A model generated the notes under the pieces. The model did not search any database. It had not been told where the DNA came from and saw nothing but the letters and a program-made list of their open reading frames with translations. From an uncultured Planctomycetaceae bacterium (GTDB lineage Bacteria; Planctomycetota; Planctomycetia; Planctomycetales; Planctomycetaceae), in the NCBI GenBank assembly GCA_963815195.1, contig CAWFGE010000012.1:832001-896000 (forward strand): a DNA stretch of 64,000 nucleotides, given 5' to 3'. Shown in pieces: positions 28,500 through 39,090 of the stretch. The number at the start of each line of letters is the position of its first letter. Position 1 is the stretch's first letter. The position numbers were made by a program, and so were the translations under genes.

Positions 28500-28736
28500 A
28501 GGAGTCGGGCGGTAGGAAGGAAGGTTTTCGCCGTCCTGGCGGGTTTTGAACAATCGCGGTTGATTGTTTGCCCAAGGACCGGGAACGTCAAGCCTCGCAG
28601 GGCAGGCGGGGCGCGATTCTGCGAAATTCCGAGCTTATCATCTCAAAAACACCAAACCTAGGGGATTTTCCTAATAGCACATCCGTGAATCCCAAAGTAG
28701 GATAAATCCTCAACAATCCCTTGATGGGCGACGCGA

Positions 28737-29813
28737 ATGACCTCTTCTGATCAATTCCTCAAAACTCTCAGCGACAGCACGTTGTTGACGGCGGATCAGC
28801 TGGCGGTGGCTTATCAGCAGGCCCAAAGCGATCCCGATCCTCAGCGACTGGCCGATTCGCTGGTGCGGCAGGAATTGGTGACGGATTGGCAAGCCCAGCG
28901 CCTGCTCGCGGGAAACCGCCAATTCTTGTTGGGCAATTACAAGCTTTTGGATATTCTGGGCCGGGGCGGCATGGGCACGGTTTACCGGGCCGAGCATGTG
29001 GGGCTCCGCCGGCAGGTCGCGCTCAAAGTCATGTCGCGGCGGTATCTGAAAGACTCGCGGGCGACGTTGCGATTCCTTTCGGAGATTCGGACGATCGCCG
29101 ACCTCGACCACCCCAACATCGTTCGGGCGCTCGATGCGGACTGCGAGAACGACCGCTATTTCCTGGTGATGGAATATGTGCCGGGCCGATCGCTGGAACA
29201 ATGGCTGGACGAGCCGGGCCGGTTCTTTTTGGGATGGGCCGCGGAGTGCATCCGGCAGACCGCGTTGGGGCTGGAACATGCCGCGGCCCGGCAGGTGATC
29301 CACCGGGACATCAAGCCGTCCAATCTCATGGTTCCCGAAAACCCCGGCGAGAATCAGCCCCTGGTCAAGCTGCTCGATTTTGGCCTGGCGTATTCCCTGG
29401 GCGAGATGGAGAATTTCGATGTCACCCAACCGGGCCGGACGGTCGGCACATTGGACTATATGGCCCCGGAGCAATCCGTTTCGTCCCGCGACATCGATCC
29501 GCGGACGGACATTTACAGCCTGGGCTGCGTGTTTTATCACCTGCTCACCGGCCGATTGCCGTTTGAGGGCCGCTCCGCGGTCGAACGGCTGACAAAACGC
29601 TTGACGCAACAGGCCCCGCCGCCCAGCCGGCATCGGCCCGACTTGCCGCGGGGAATCGACCGCATCCTTGGCAAAATGCTCGAACGGGACCGCGACCGCC
29701 GTTTCGGTTCGCCCCGCGAGGTCGCCGACGCGCTGGAACCTTATGCCCATATTGCGGATCCCCGGCAACCCTTGGGGACGCCTCCGAAACGCCGCACGTC
29801 CGATGCGGGGTAA
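28737..29813 (+). CDS. Cytoplasmic Hanks-type Ser/Thr protein kinase
   Basis: LGRGGMGTVY, VALK, HRDIKPSN, DFGLA, GTLDYMAPEQ, DIYSLG; no TM or sensor domain. Confidence 0.95.
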   Translation: MTSSDQFLKTLSDSTLLTADQLAVAYQQAQSDPDPQRLADSLVRQELVTDWQAQRLLAGNRQFLLGNYKLLDILGRGGMGTVYRAEHVGLRRQVALKVMSRRYLKDSRATLRFLSEIRTIADLDHPNIVRALDADCENDRYFLVMEYVPGRSLEQWLDEPGRFFLGWAAECIRQTALGLEHAAARQVIHRDIKPSNLMVPENPGENQPLVKLLDFGLAYSLGEMENFDVTQPGRTVGTLDYMAPEQSVSSRDIDPRTDIYSLGCVFYHLLTGRLPFEGRSAVERLTKRLTQQAPPPSRHRPDLPRGIDRILGKMLERDRDRRFGSPREVADALEPYAHIADPRQPLGTPPKRRTSDAG

Positions 29814-29828
29814 GCGAGCCGGTTGGCT

Positions 29829-30788
29829 CTAAAGCAGCGGATCGGGTTCCTTCAGGACCGCGGTCAGGCTGTCGAGATCGAGCGCGGCTTCCAGGGAAAA
29901 CTCCAGATACTGCTGATGGGCCGCATCGAGCAGGGCGTGAATATCCAACGGACCGTCCAGGACGATTCCGTAAATCTCCGCTTCGAGCTTGACCTCTTCC
30001 GAACAGGCGTGGGCCAGGGTGATGAACTCGTCGATATTGATCCCGTGATGGATTTTCATCCATTGATGCGCCGTCTCCACGGACGCGGTTTCCGGCTTCC
30101 ACAATACGTCCGCGAGCAATTCCCCCGAGTGCACAAGTTCCGCCAACGAATTCGCCGCGGGCAGGTGATGATCCCGCACCGCCACGGCCAATTCCTCCGG
30201 CAACCCCCAACGGTCCAAGAGGCACGCCCCCAATTCGGCATGATCGAAGCCAAACGCCTCCCGTTCGACCTTGACGAGTTCGGCTCCGGTTTTCGCCTTT
30301 TGAAAGATCGGCAGATACTCGTCCGGGCGAACCTGGGCCAGGAGCAGCGTTCCCAAGTGGGCCAACAGCCCGGCCATGTAGGCGTCATGGGCGCTGAACG
30401 GTTCGGACCCGTCGACGAGCCGCATCCCGGCCATCGCCATCGTAATCGCCTGGCGCCAATAATCGGTATAAAGCGACCGCGCCGGCCCGCGGGAAAACAC
30501 CTCCAACATGCTGAAGCTCAAAGTCATCAGCCGCAACGTCCGCCGGCCCAAGAGCATCACGGCTTGTTTGAGGTTCCTCACCGGCTGCCGGAGACCGTAG
30601 CGGGGCGAGTTGAGCACCCGCAGCAAACGAGCCGACAGGGCCGGATCGCGTTGCAGGCAGTCCACGACTTCCCCCACGTCGAAGTCCGCATGCCGGGTCA
30701 AATTGAGCAGCGATTGGGCAATGCCCGGCGCGGAGTGGAGCGCCTCCGCTTCACGAATCAACTGGTCCACGTTTCCAACATGCATCAT
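29829..30788 (-). CDS. HDOD domain protein
   Basis: DPALSARLLRVLNSPRYG, AVMLLG, AGLLAHLG, FGFDHAELGACLLDRWGLP, HH. Confidence 0.9.
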   Translation of the reverse strand: MMHVGNVDQLIREAEALHSAPGIAQSLLNLTRHADFDVGEVVDCLQRDPALSARLLRVLNSPRYGLRQPVRNLKQAVMLLGRRTLRLMTLSFSMLEVFSRGPARSLYTDYWRQAITMAMAGMRLVDGSEPFSAHDAYMAGLLAHLGTLLLAQVRPDEYLPIFQKAKTGAELVKVEREAFGFDHAELGACLLDRWGLPEELAVAVRDHHLPAANSLAELVHSGELLADVLWKPETASVETAHQWMKIHHGINIDEFITLAHACSEEVKLEAEIYGIVLDGPLDIHALLDAAHQQYLEFSLEAALDLDSLTAVLKEPDPLL

Positions 30789-31220
30789 GGCGGCCCTCTT
30801 TAGGCTGACCGATACCATAAACAAACCGTATACAAACATAGGTTTCCCTGACGCGAAATGTCGGAGGAAATTGCGGATTTTGTCGCCGGAATATCGAGAA
30901 GACGGAGAATTCACGGGATGCGGGCTGGGCATTTCGCGGACCGCGCGACTCGGACGCCGCACCGCCGTCGCCCAGGAACAAAGAGCCGCCCGCTGGATCA
31001 CAGCCGGCAAAGGCCCATGCGGACCGGACGAAAAGGAAACCCGCGGTCGGATCGGCTGGCATCGTCACGCGGCCTGATCCATCGTGGCCGCAAGCAAAAT
31101 CCCGCGAAGCAGCGGGCGGTTTTCCAGGATTTGGAGCGAACGGCTTGGGATTCGGCGGGACTTTTGAGATTCCCAATTCCGGATCATTGACCGGCGATAG
31201 GTTTCGCATACACTGTGAAC

Positions 31221-32150
31221 ATGTCACGCACGGAACTTCCCCTCCCCTCCCAATCTTTGGTGCAATCCGCCCGGAAACTGGCCCACGACAACGACGTGGA
31301 AGCCGTGGTGATGCTCTCCGCGCTGCCTTACGACTTCGCGGCGATTCGGGGCATTCTCAAGGACATCCGGCTCGTGGTGGCCACCGACAAATCCGATGTG
31401 ATGCGGGCCGCCAACGAGGATCAGGTGGACCTCGTGCCCTTGCTCCACGAACCCGAAACCCGCCAGGTCCAGCTCAGCCAGGCGTTGCTCGAAGCGATTG
31501 CCGACGAGCTGCTTCAAGGCGGGGCGCGGATTGTGGCGCTTTATACGCTGTTCGAGCGGGAGCACATCGACACGATCAGCCTCATCAACCTTGCGGAGCA
31601 TCTGGCGAAGTTGACGACCCGGGACCTCCGCCGGTTGGAAACCCAGGTGCCGCTTGAGACCTTGCGGATCGTGGTCGATCTGGCTGTCGAGATCGGCCGC
31701 GAAGGGCGGGAAGGCAAACCCGTGGGCACGCTGTTGATCGTGGGCGATCACCTCAAAGTCATGAAGCTTTCGCACGAGCAGGTGCACGATCCCTTCCGGG
31801 GCTACACGCAGAAGGAATGCCTGATCCGCAGCCCCCGCGTCAGGGAAAGCCTCAAGGAACTCGCCCAGATCGACGGGGCGTTTGTGATTTCCAACAAGGG
31901 CGTCGTCGTGGCGGCGGGACGGATTCTGGACGCCCCTGCGGAGGGCATCACGCTCTCGGCCGGCCTGGGAGCGAGACATTGGGCGGCGGCGGCGATTTCC
32001 AAGGCCAGCGACGCCATCGCCATCGCCGTGTCCGAGTCCACCGGCACCGTGCGGATTTTTCAGGACGGCAAAGTCGTGCTTCGCATCGAGCCGATGGACC
32101 GCGGCATGAAGTGGACCGAATACGACACCGAACCGCCCAAAGACGACTAA
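31221..32150 (+). CDS. Diadenylate cyclase (DisA_N/DAC domain) with N-terminal pyruvate-kinase-C-like domain (DacZ-like architecture)
   Basis: EGREGKPVGTL, ELAQIDGAF (DGA motif), GLGARHWAAAAIS (RHx motif), AVSESTG. Confidence 0.85.
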   Translation: MSRTELPLPSQSLVQSARKLAHDNDVEAVVMLSALPYDFAAIRGILKDIRLVVATDKSDVMRAANEDQVDLVPLLHEPETRQVQLSQALLEAIADELLQGGARIVALYTLFEREHIDTISLINLAEHLAKLTTRDLRRLETQVPLETLRIVVDLAVEIGREGREGKPVGTLLIVGDHLKVMKLSHEQVHDPFRGYTQKECLIRSPRVRESLKELAQIDGAFVISNKGVVVAAGRILDAPAEGITLSAGLGARHWAAAAISKASDAIAIAVSESTGTVRIFQDGKVVLRIEPMDRGMKWTEYDTEPPKDD

Positions 32151-32400
32151 CGTCATGTTGCCGCTCGAGCGATTGCAAGTGAGGTTAGACGTCAGCAGCC
32201 AAAGCGAACGCCGTTTCGCAATTCTCTATCCTCTATCCTCCATCCTCCTTCTCGTTGTAGGGGACGATATTTTTCCAACTGCGTGTCGTCAACAGGCGGC
32301 TTTTGGCCATTCCAAGGGAAAGAGTTGGTGTTGACCTGATTCGGCCGATGCCGGATACTTGGTAGAGATGGATTTTGTGTTATTTTGTTCTGGTCGTGGC

Positions 32401-32871
32401 ATGATTCGGTATTTGCTTTCAGTGGTGACCCTCCTGGCGACGGGAGCGCACGCGGTGTTGGGGTGCTGTTGGCATCACCAGCACGCCGGCCGGCACGCCA
32501 CCTGCGATGCGGTCCAAAGGGCCGCTGAATCCGTGCCTCACAAAGCCGCGGATGCACACGCGGGCTGCTGTCGGCACGCGCACCACACTCCCAAAGCCGA
32601 CGGGGTGGCGGAGGACACGTTCCCCTGCGGGCATCAGCAACATCACGATTCCGACTCCTGCGACCAGGGGCACTGCCAATACCTTTCCAATGCCAAGGTG
32701 GAATTGCCCGCCCTCGATTGCCAGGCCGCGTTTGATGACCTGATGGCCTGGATTGCCGGGGCGAATCCGCTCGCCGCGAACCTGAACGGTTCCCATGCTC
32801 CACCCGTGTCGGCGGCTCTCTATTCCGGGCGTCTGCACGTTCTCGATCTGACGCAGGTGGCGCTGCTCTAA
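32401..32871 (+). CDS. His/Cys-rich hypothetical protein at the head of the metal-efflux cluster
   Basis: HAVLGCCWHHQH, CCRHAHH, CGHQQHHDSDSCDQGHC; hydrophobic N-terminus. Confidence 0.65.
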   Translation: MIRYLLSVVTLLATGAHAVLGCCWHHQHAGRHATCDAVQRAAESVPHKAADAHAGCCRHAHHTPKADGVAEDTFPCGHQQHHDSDSCDQGHCQYLSNAKVELPALDCQAAFDDLMAWIAGANPLAANLNGSHAPPVSAALYSGRLHVLDLTQVALL

Positions 32872-33029
32872 CCGTGCGCCCCGCTTTCTTCCGCATCATG
32901 CCTCGGCGACGTTGCGCCTCGCCTTGCGCGGCTGCTTTTGACAGCGCGGTTTGATGCGATCCTGCTCCATCGCGGCGGTTTTCGCTGCGCGGTTTTCTTG
33001 GGCTTCCTTTCCTCGCGAAGGACTTGGCT

Positions 33030-34547
33030 ATGAAGGCTCCGATCTCCCGGATTTCGTCCCGGTTATCCCAGGTTCCCCTCAAATGGCTGGGCTGGGCCGG
33101 CTTGGGAATTCTTGCCCTTGTTCTGGTTTTCACGTTTCGTCTTTGGTTCCCCGTCTTGAATGCCGCGGCCGACGGGTTCGCGGGAACTTCGCCCGGCGGC
33201 GAGGCGAAGTCCGCAGCTGCTGATGGCGACCATGCCGCTCACGAGCACGCCGGCCAAGACCATGCGGGGCATCAGGAATCGCAGTCGATCGAGCTGTCCC
33301 GCCAGGCGCGGCAGAACATCGGCCTCGAAACCGGCGAAATCAAACTGCAAAGCCATCGCCGCTACATCAACGTGCCGGCTCTGGTCACGGAGCGGCCCGG
33401 CGAAACGCATCACAAAATCGCCGCCCCCTTAACCGGCGTCGTGACGGCAGTGCACATCGTGGGAGGCGAGACCGTAGAGTCGGGCGCGTTGTTGTTTAAC
33501 CTCAGGTTGACGCACGAAGACCTCGTCAAAGCCCAGACCGAGTTTCTCACGACGTTAGGGCAACTTGACGTGGAGCGCCGCGAACTGGCTCGGCTCAAGC
33601 AGATCACCACCGGAGCCGTCGCCCAGAAGGTCGTGCTTCAGCGGCAGTATGAAGTGGATAAATTGGAAGCCGTCCTCAAAGCCCAGCGAAATTCCCTGTA
33701 CCTGCACGGCCTTTCGGATGAGCAGGTCGAATCGATTGTCCAAGACCGCGATTTGATCCGCGAGATGAAAGTCCGCGTGCCGTTTTTGCACGCCGATGAG
33801 TCGCTCCACGAAGAGAACGAAGCCCAGCGGCCGCCATTGAAGCCCGTCAGCATCGGGGAATTGCCTTCGCCGGAGGAACACGAGCATCATCTGAAATCCA
33901 AGCCGTTCGTCGTCAGCCAGTTGAACGTGCAGACGGGCGAAGCGGTGCAGACCGGGCAGACGCTGTGCGTGCTCACCGATTACAGCGAGCTTTACATCGA
34001 GGGCCGGGCCTTCGAGCAGGATGCGGACGAGATCATCGAAGCCGCCAATGAACACCGCCGCGTCATCGCGTTTCCCGAACAAACGGGCCAAGGCAGTCCC
34101 ACGGGCGTGGAGCAGCTCGAAATCGAGTTCGTCGCGAACCAGGTCGAACGCGAATCGCGGGCGCTCCCTTTCTATGTCAACGTGCCCAACGAGGTCGTGC
34201 GGAAGAGCACACGCGGGAACCACAAGTTCGTCACCTGGCGGTTTAAGCCGGGGCAAAGGATGCAGCTTCGCGTGCCCGTGCAACTGTGGAAGGATGTGAT
34301 CGTGGTCCCCGTCGATGCGGTCGCCCAGGAAGGTCCGGAGACGTTCGTGTTCGTGGAGAACGGCGGCCACTTCGACCGCCAACCTGTGCATATCCAATAC
34401 CGCGACCAATACGACGCGGTGATCGCCAACGACGGCTCGGTGTTCCCCGGCGATACCATCGCGTTGAACGGCGCCCATCAACTGCAAATGGCCATCAAGA
34501 ACAAATCCGGCGGCGCCGTCGATCCGCACGCGGGACATCATCATTAA
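33030..34547 (+). CDS. Heavy-metal RND efflux periplasmic adaptor (CzcB/CusB-like)
   Basis: N-terminal TM helix, His-rich segment, IELSRQARQNIGL, barrel-sandwich and hairpin regions, VVPVDAV, C-terminal DPHAGHHH. Confidence 0.88.
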   Translation: MKAPISRISSRLSQVPLKWLGWAGLGILALVLVFTFRLWFPVLNAAADGFAGTSPGGEAKSAAADGDHAAHEHAGQDHAGHQESQSIELSRQARQNIGLETGEIKLQSHRRYINVPALVTERPGETHHKIAAPLTGVVTAVHIVGGETVESGALLFNLRLTHEDLVKAQTEFLTTLGQLDVERRELARLKQITTGAVAQKVVLQRQYEVDKLEAVLKAQRNSLYLHGLSDEQVESIVQDRDLIREMKVRVPFLHADESLHEENEAQRPPLKPVSIGELPSPEEHEHHLKSKPFVVSQLNVQTGEAVQTGQTLCVLTDYSELYIEGRAFEQDADEIIEAANEHRRVIAFPEQTGQGSPTGVEQLEIEFVANQVERESRALPFYVNVPNEVVRKSTRGNHKFVTWRFKPGQRMQLRVPVQLWKDVIVVPVDAVAQEGPETFVFVENGGHFDRQPVHIQYRDQYDAVIANDGSVFPGDTIALNGAHQLQMAIKNKSGGAVDPHAGHHH

Positions 34548-34624
34548 AGCGGAGAGCCAAGAGCGGAGAGCCGGATAAGATGGACGACGCTTTTTTCCAC
34601 ACCACTTCCATTGGAGACTTAAGC

Positions 34625-34987
34625 ATGTTTCGCTTCGAAAAGTTCGAGGTTTGGCAGAAGGCAACTCCAATTCCAAATAACGGAAAAAGGACCGAAGGTC
34701 CGGCTCTATGTCAGCCCAGGACGCAGTCCTGGGGACGGGGAACGAACAAAATGCAAAAGCCCCAACGGGGCGGTCCTAAACCGGAGAGATGCGCAGGTGG
34801 TTGCGCCCTGGGTGCCCCATAGGGCCGCCCCGTGGGGGCTTGCGTTTGATTCGTCATTCGTAACCCAGGCCGACGCTGCGCTTGGCCTGGGCTGACATAG
34901 AGCCGGGCCTTCGGCCCTGAATGATCTGTCCAAGCCGAGGAGCTCGCCCGGATGCTCAGCGGCTTGAAAACTCGCTTATTGAAATAG
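34625..34987 (+). pseudogene. Disrupted four-helix-bundle protein gene (23S rRNA IVP/TIGR02436-like)
   Basis: RBS GGAGA then MFRFEKFEVWQKA; same-frame C-terminus AEELARMLSGLKTRLLK-stop; the middle is occupied by a palindromic repeat with stop codons. Confidence 0.7.
34683..34918. repeat. Long composite palindromic repeat, copy 2 (inverted relative to 20922-21149)
   Basis: Its reverse complement begins AGGGCCGAAGGCCCGGCTCTATGTCAGCCCAGG and ends GCCGGACCTTCGGTCCTTTTTC, as in copy 1. Confidence 0.88.
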
Positions 34988-35046
34988 CCGGCAGAAATCG
35001 TCTTCCGGCTCTCCGCTCTTCGCTCTCCTAGCTCTAAGCTTTTACC

Positions 35047-38000
35047 ATGCTCAACGCCATCATTCGCTTTGGACTCCGGCAGCGGTTGCTCATTATCGCC
35101 TTGGCCCTGTTTTTGTTGGGCTATGGGGGTTGGCAGGCGCTGCATATGGAGATCGATGTCTTCCCGAACCTCAATCGGCCGCGCGTCGTGGTGATGACCG
35201 AAGCCCCCGGCATGGCTCCGGAAGAAGTCGAAACTCTGATCACGTTCCCCCTCGAAACCGCCCTCAACGGAGCCAACGGCGTGCAAGCCGTGCGCAGTTC
35301 CTCCGGCGTGGGCATCTCGGTGATCTATGTCGAGTTCGATTGGGGCACCGACATTTATACCGACCGGCAGATCGTGGCCGAACGGATGGCCCTCGCCGAG
35401 GAACGCATGCCGCCTAACGTCAAACCCACGTTGGCCCCGATCTCGTCCATCATGGGCCAGATCGTGATGCTCGCCATGTGGAGCGACACCGGCGAAACCG
35501 AACCGCTCGAACTGCGAACGCTCGGCGATTGGGTCGTTCGGCAGCGACTGTTAACCATCCCCGGCGTCTCGCAGGTGTTCACGATGGGCGGCGGCCGCAA
35601 GCAATTTAAGGTCCTGGTCGATCCCGATAAACTCCTCACGTACGGCGTGACGCTCCATGACGTCAAACAGGCGGTCTCCAAAAGCAACCGCAACACCACC
35701 GGCGGCTACCTGGACGAGCAAGGCCCCAATGAATTACTCGTGCGAGCCTTAGGCCGGGTGCAAACGACTCGGGATCTGGAAAAGCTCGTGATCACAATCC
35801 GCAACGAACGCCCGGTTGCGCTCAAGCAAGTCGCGACCATTGTGGAAGGCCCGCAGACCAAGCGGGGCGACAGCGCAGCCTTCGTGCGGGAAAAAGGCGG
35901 CGACTTTTCTGGCGGCCCGGCGGTCGTGTTGACCGTCAACAAACAGCCGGGCGCCGACACCCGGCAGGTCACCGAAGCCATCAACGCCGCCGTCGCGGAT
36001 TTGAAAACTTCGCTGCCCAAAGATGTGCGGATCGAAACCACCTATTCGCAGCGAGCGTTTATCGACCGGGCGATTGATAACGTGATCGAAGCCCTGGCCG
36101 ACGGCGGCGTGTTGGTGGTCGTGCTCTTGTTTATCTTTCTGATGAACTTCCGCACGACGTTTATCACGCTGACCGCGATTCCGCTGTCGCTCGTGATCAC
36201 GGCGATGATCTTCGCCGGCTTCGGGTTGTCGATCAACACGATGACCCTGGGCGGCCTGGCGGTGGCCATCGGCGAACTGGTGGACGATGCCATCGTCGAT
36301 GTCGAAAACATCTTCCGCCGGCTCAGAGAGAACCGGCACAAGCCCGAAGCCGAGCGGAAAAACCCGCTGCTTAGTCGTATTCCAGGCGAGCGTGGAGATC
36401 CGCAACTCGATCGTGTTCGGCACGATGATCGTCGTGTTGGTGTTCGTGCCGCTGTTCGCCCTCCAGGGCATGGAAGGCCGATTGTTCGTGCCCTTGGGCA
36501 TGGCGTATATGGTGTCGCTCTTGGCGTCGCTGGTCGTGTCGCTGACGGTGACGCCCGTGCTGTCCTATCTGCTCTTGGCCCAAAAACGGCTGTGGTGGTT
36601 CGTGGCCCCGATGATGGCGGCCGGGCTTTCGGGTTCAATCTTTTATTGGGTGCTCCCCCGGTTGTCGGACATGGTCAACGTGCCCGCGATGTTCTCGGAG
36701 AACCGGTTGACGTGGACGCTGCTGCAGAGCCCGGTGATCTGGCTGGTCATCATGGGCAGCGACCGCTTGAGCCACGGCGAAGAGGAGGGGCTCGTGCTCC
36801 GCGTGCTCAAATATCTCGCGGGCGGTGTGATCCGCCTGAGCACCCGGCTCTCCGTTCCGATTCTCCTGTTGGCGGGCGCGGGCGTGTTGTTCGCCGGGCT
36901 GGTGCTTTCGCGGTCGGAGAACGACTTTCTTCCCCCATTCAACGAAGGCACGGTGCAATTGAACGTCGTCCTGCCGCCGGGCACGTCGCTCGAAACCTCC
37001 AACGAAATCGCGGGCACGGTCGAACGCCGGTTGATGGAGATCAAAGCCATCGACCGCATCGCCCGCCGCACGGGCCGGGCCGAGCTGGATGAGCATGCCG
37101 AGGGCGTCAACGTCAGCGAGTTCATCATCGACCTCGATCCCGAAAGCGATCAGTCCCGCGAAGAGGTGCTCGAAGAAATCCGCGATGCGATGAAGGAGAT
37201 CCCCGGCATCGTCACCACCGCCGAGCAGCCCATCGCGCACCTGATCTCGCACATGATCTCCGGCGTGAAAGCCCAGATCGGCATCAAACTCTACGGTGAT
37301 GATCTGGACGTGCTCCGCTCGAAAGCCAATCAAATGAAAGCCGCGATGGCGGATGTGGAAGGCGTGACGGATTTGATGGTCGAGCCGCAGGTCGTCATCC
37401 CGCAGCTTCGCGTGGAAGTGGATCGCGACAAACTATTGACCTACGGCCTGACGCCCGATGATGTGAGCGAATACGTCGAGACGGCGATGAACGGCGACGT
37501 GGTGTCCGAAGTCCTGTTGGGGCAGCGGACGTTCGATCTGCTCGTGAAGTTCGATGAGCCGTTCCGCGAAAACCTGCACGCGCTCAGGCGGTTGTCGATC
37601 GAACTGCCGGGCGGCGGCACGGCTCCGCTGTCGGCGGTCGCGAAGATTTACGAATCCGGCGGGCCAAACACGATCAACCGCGAGCAAGTCAAACGGCGGA
37701 TTGTGATCCAAGCCAACGTCGCCGACCGCGGCCTCGTCGATGTGGTCGAGGACATCCAAAAACGCCTCAAACAAGTCGAACTCCCGCCCGGTTATTTCTT
37801 GGAATACAGCGGCCAGTTCGAGAGCCAGCAGTCGGCGTCGCGGATGCTCGCCGTGCTGTTCGGGATTTCGCTCTTGGGCGTGTTTCTTGTGCTCTATACG
37901 ATGTTCCGCTCGGTCAACTTCTCGCTGCAGGTGATGGCGGCTTTGCCGATGGCGTTTATCGGTTCCGTGGCGGCATTGGTCCTCACGCATCAAACGCTGA

Positions 38001-38410
38001 CGGTGGCGGCGATGGTCGGGTTTATTTCGCTGGGCGGGATCGCCAGCCGGAATGGGATTCTGCTTCTCAATCACTATCTGCATCTGGTGCGCTACGAAGG
38101 CGAAGGCTGGACGCGGGACATGATGGTCCGAGCCGGCCAGGAACGTCTCGCCCCGGTGCTGATGACCGCCCTCACCTCGGGCATCGGCCTGTTGCCTTTG
38201 GCGATGGCCGCCGGCGAAGCCGGGAAGGAAGTGCTCTATCCCGTGGCGACCGTGGTGATCGGCGGCTTGATCAGCAGCACGCTGTTGGAGTTCTTCGTCC
38301 GCCCGGCTTTGTTCTGGGCCGTCGGCCGCGGCGCGGGCGACCGCCTGATCCGCGAAACCCAAGGCGAAGTCGCCTTGGTCGAAGAAGCTTTCGATACGGA
38401 ACCCCATTGA
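35047..38410 (+). CDS. Heavy-metal efflux RND permease (CzcA/CusA family), frameshift near 36370
   Basis: IDVFPNLNRP, GMAPEEVETLIT, AIGELVDDAIVDVEN, FLPPFNEG, RTGRAELDEH, RLAPVLMTAL; the two ORFs join after KNPL. Confidence 0.93.
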
Positions 38411-38458
38411 CCCTGTCGCACGGATGTGTGACGAACTTATTTGAAAGGAAGACCCAAA

Positions 38459-38974
38459 ATGACATTTCGCAATCTGTTTTCGCTGCTCCCGCTCGCTGGG
38501 GTTTTGATGTTCGTCGGCTGCGGCAAACTGCCGGATGAAAAAACCGACAAGGCGGCGGACGCCGACCATCACGCTAAAGACGCCCATCCTGAGGAAGGTC
38601 CGCACCACGGGATGCTGATCGAACTCGGCAACGAGGAGTACCACGCCGAGCTTGTGCACGATGAAGAAGCCGGTCGCGTGACGGTTTATCTGCTGGACTC
38701 GGCGGCGAAAAAGCCCGTCCCAATCGACGCCCAAGACATGGCGATCAACGTCTCGCACGAAGGCAAGCCGGAACAGTTCCAACTCGCCGCCCAACCGGAA
38801 CAAGGCGATCCCGAAGGAAAATCCTCGCGGTTCGTTTCCAAGGATCCGGAGTTGATCAAACACCTGGACGAAGAAAACACCAAAGCCCGGCTCGCGGTCA
38901 AAATCGACGGCAAATCCTTTAACGGCGAGTTCAGCCATGAACACGACCACGATCATGGGGCACACGCCGACTGA
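38459..38974 (+). CDS. His-rich lipoprotein, probable metal chaperone
   Basis: Lipobox FVGC; HPEEGPHHGMLIELG..YHAELVHD; C-terminal HEHDHDHGAH. Confidence 0.75.
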   Translation: MTFRNLFSLLPLAGVLMFVGCGKLPDEKTDKAADADHHAKDAHPEEGPHHGMLIELGNEEYHAELVHDEEAGRVTVYLLDSAAKKPVPIDAQDMAINVSHEGKPEQFQLAAQPEQGDPEGKSSRFVSKDPELIKHLDEENTKARLAVKIDGKSFNGEFSHEHDHDHGAHAD

Positions 38975-39090
38975 GAGGATTTTCGGTCGCGGCCATCCTG
39001 ATGCCCTTGTTCCCGATACGCGCTTTGCGGTTCAATGGGGATAGGGGCAAACGGCCCGAATGGAAATCCTATAATCCAAGAACGCCCAAC

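Noticed and set aside
34625..34987. Diversity-generating retroelement (Avd-like gene)
   Set aside because: No reverse transcriptase and no template/variable repeat pair in the window, and the gene is disrupted.
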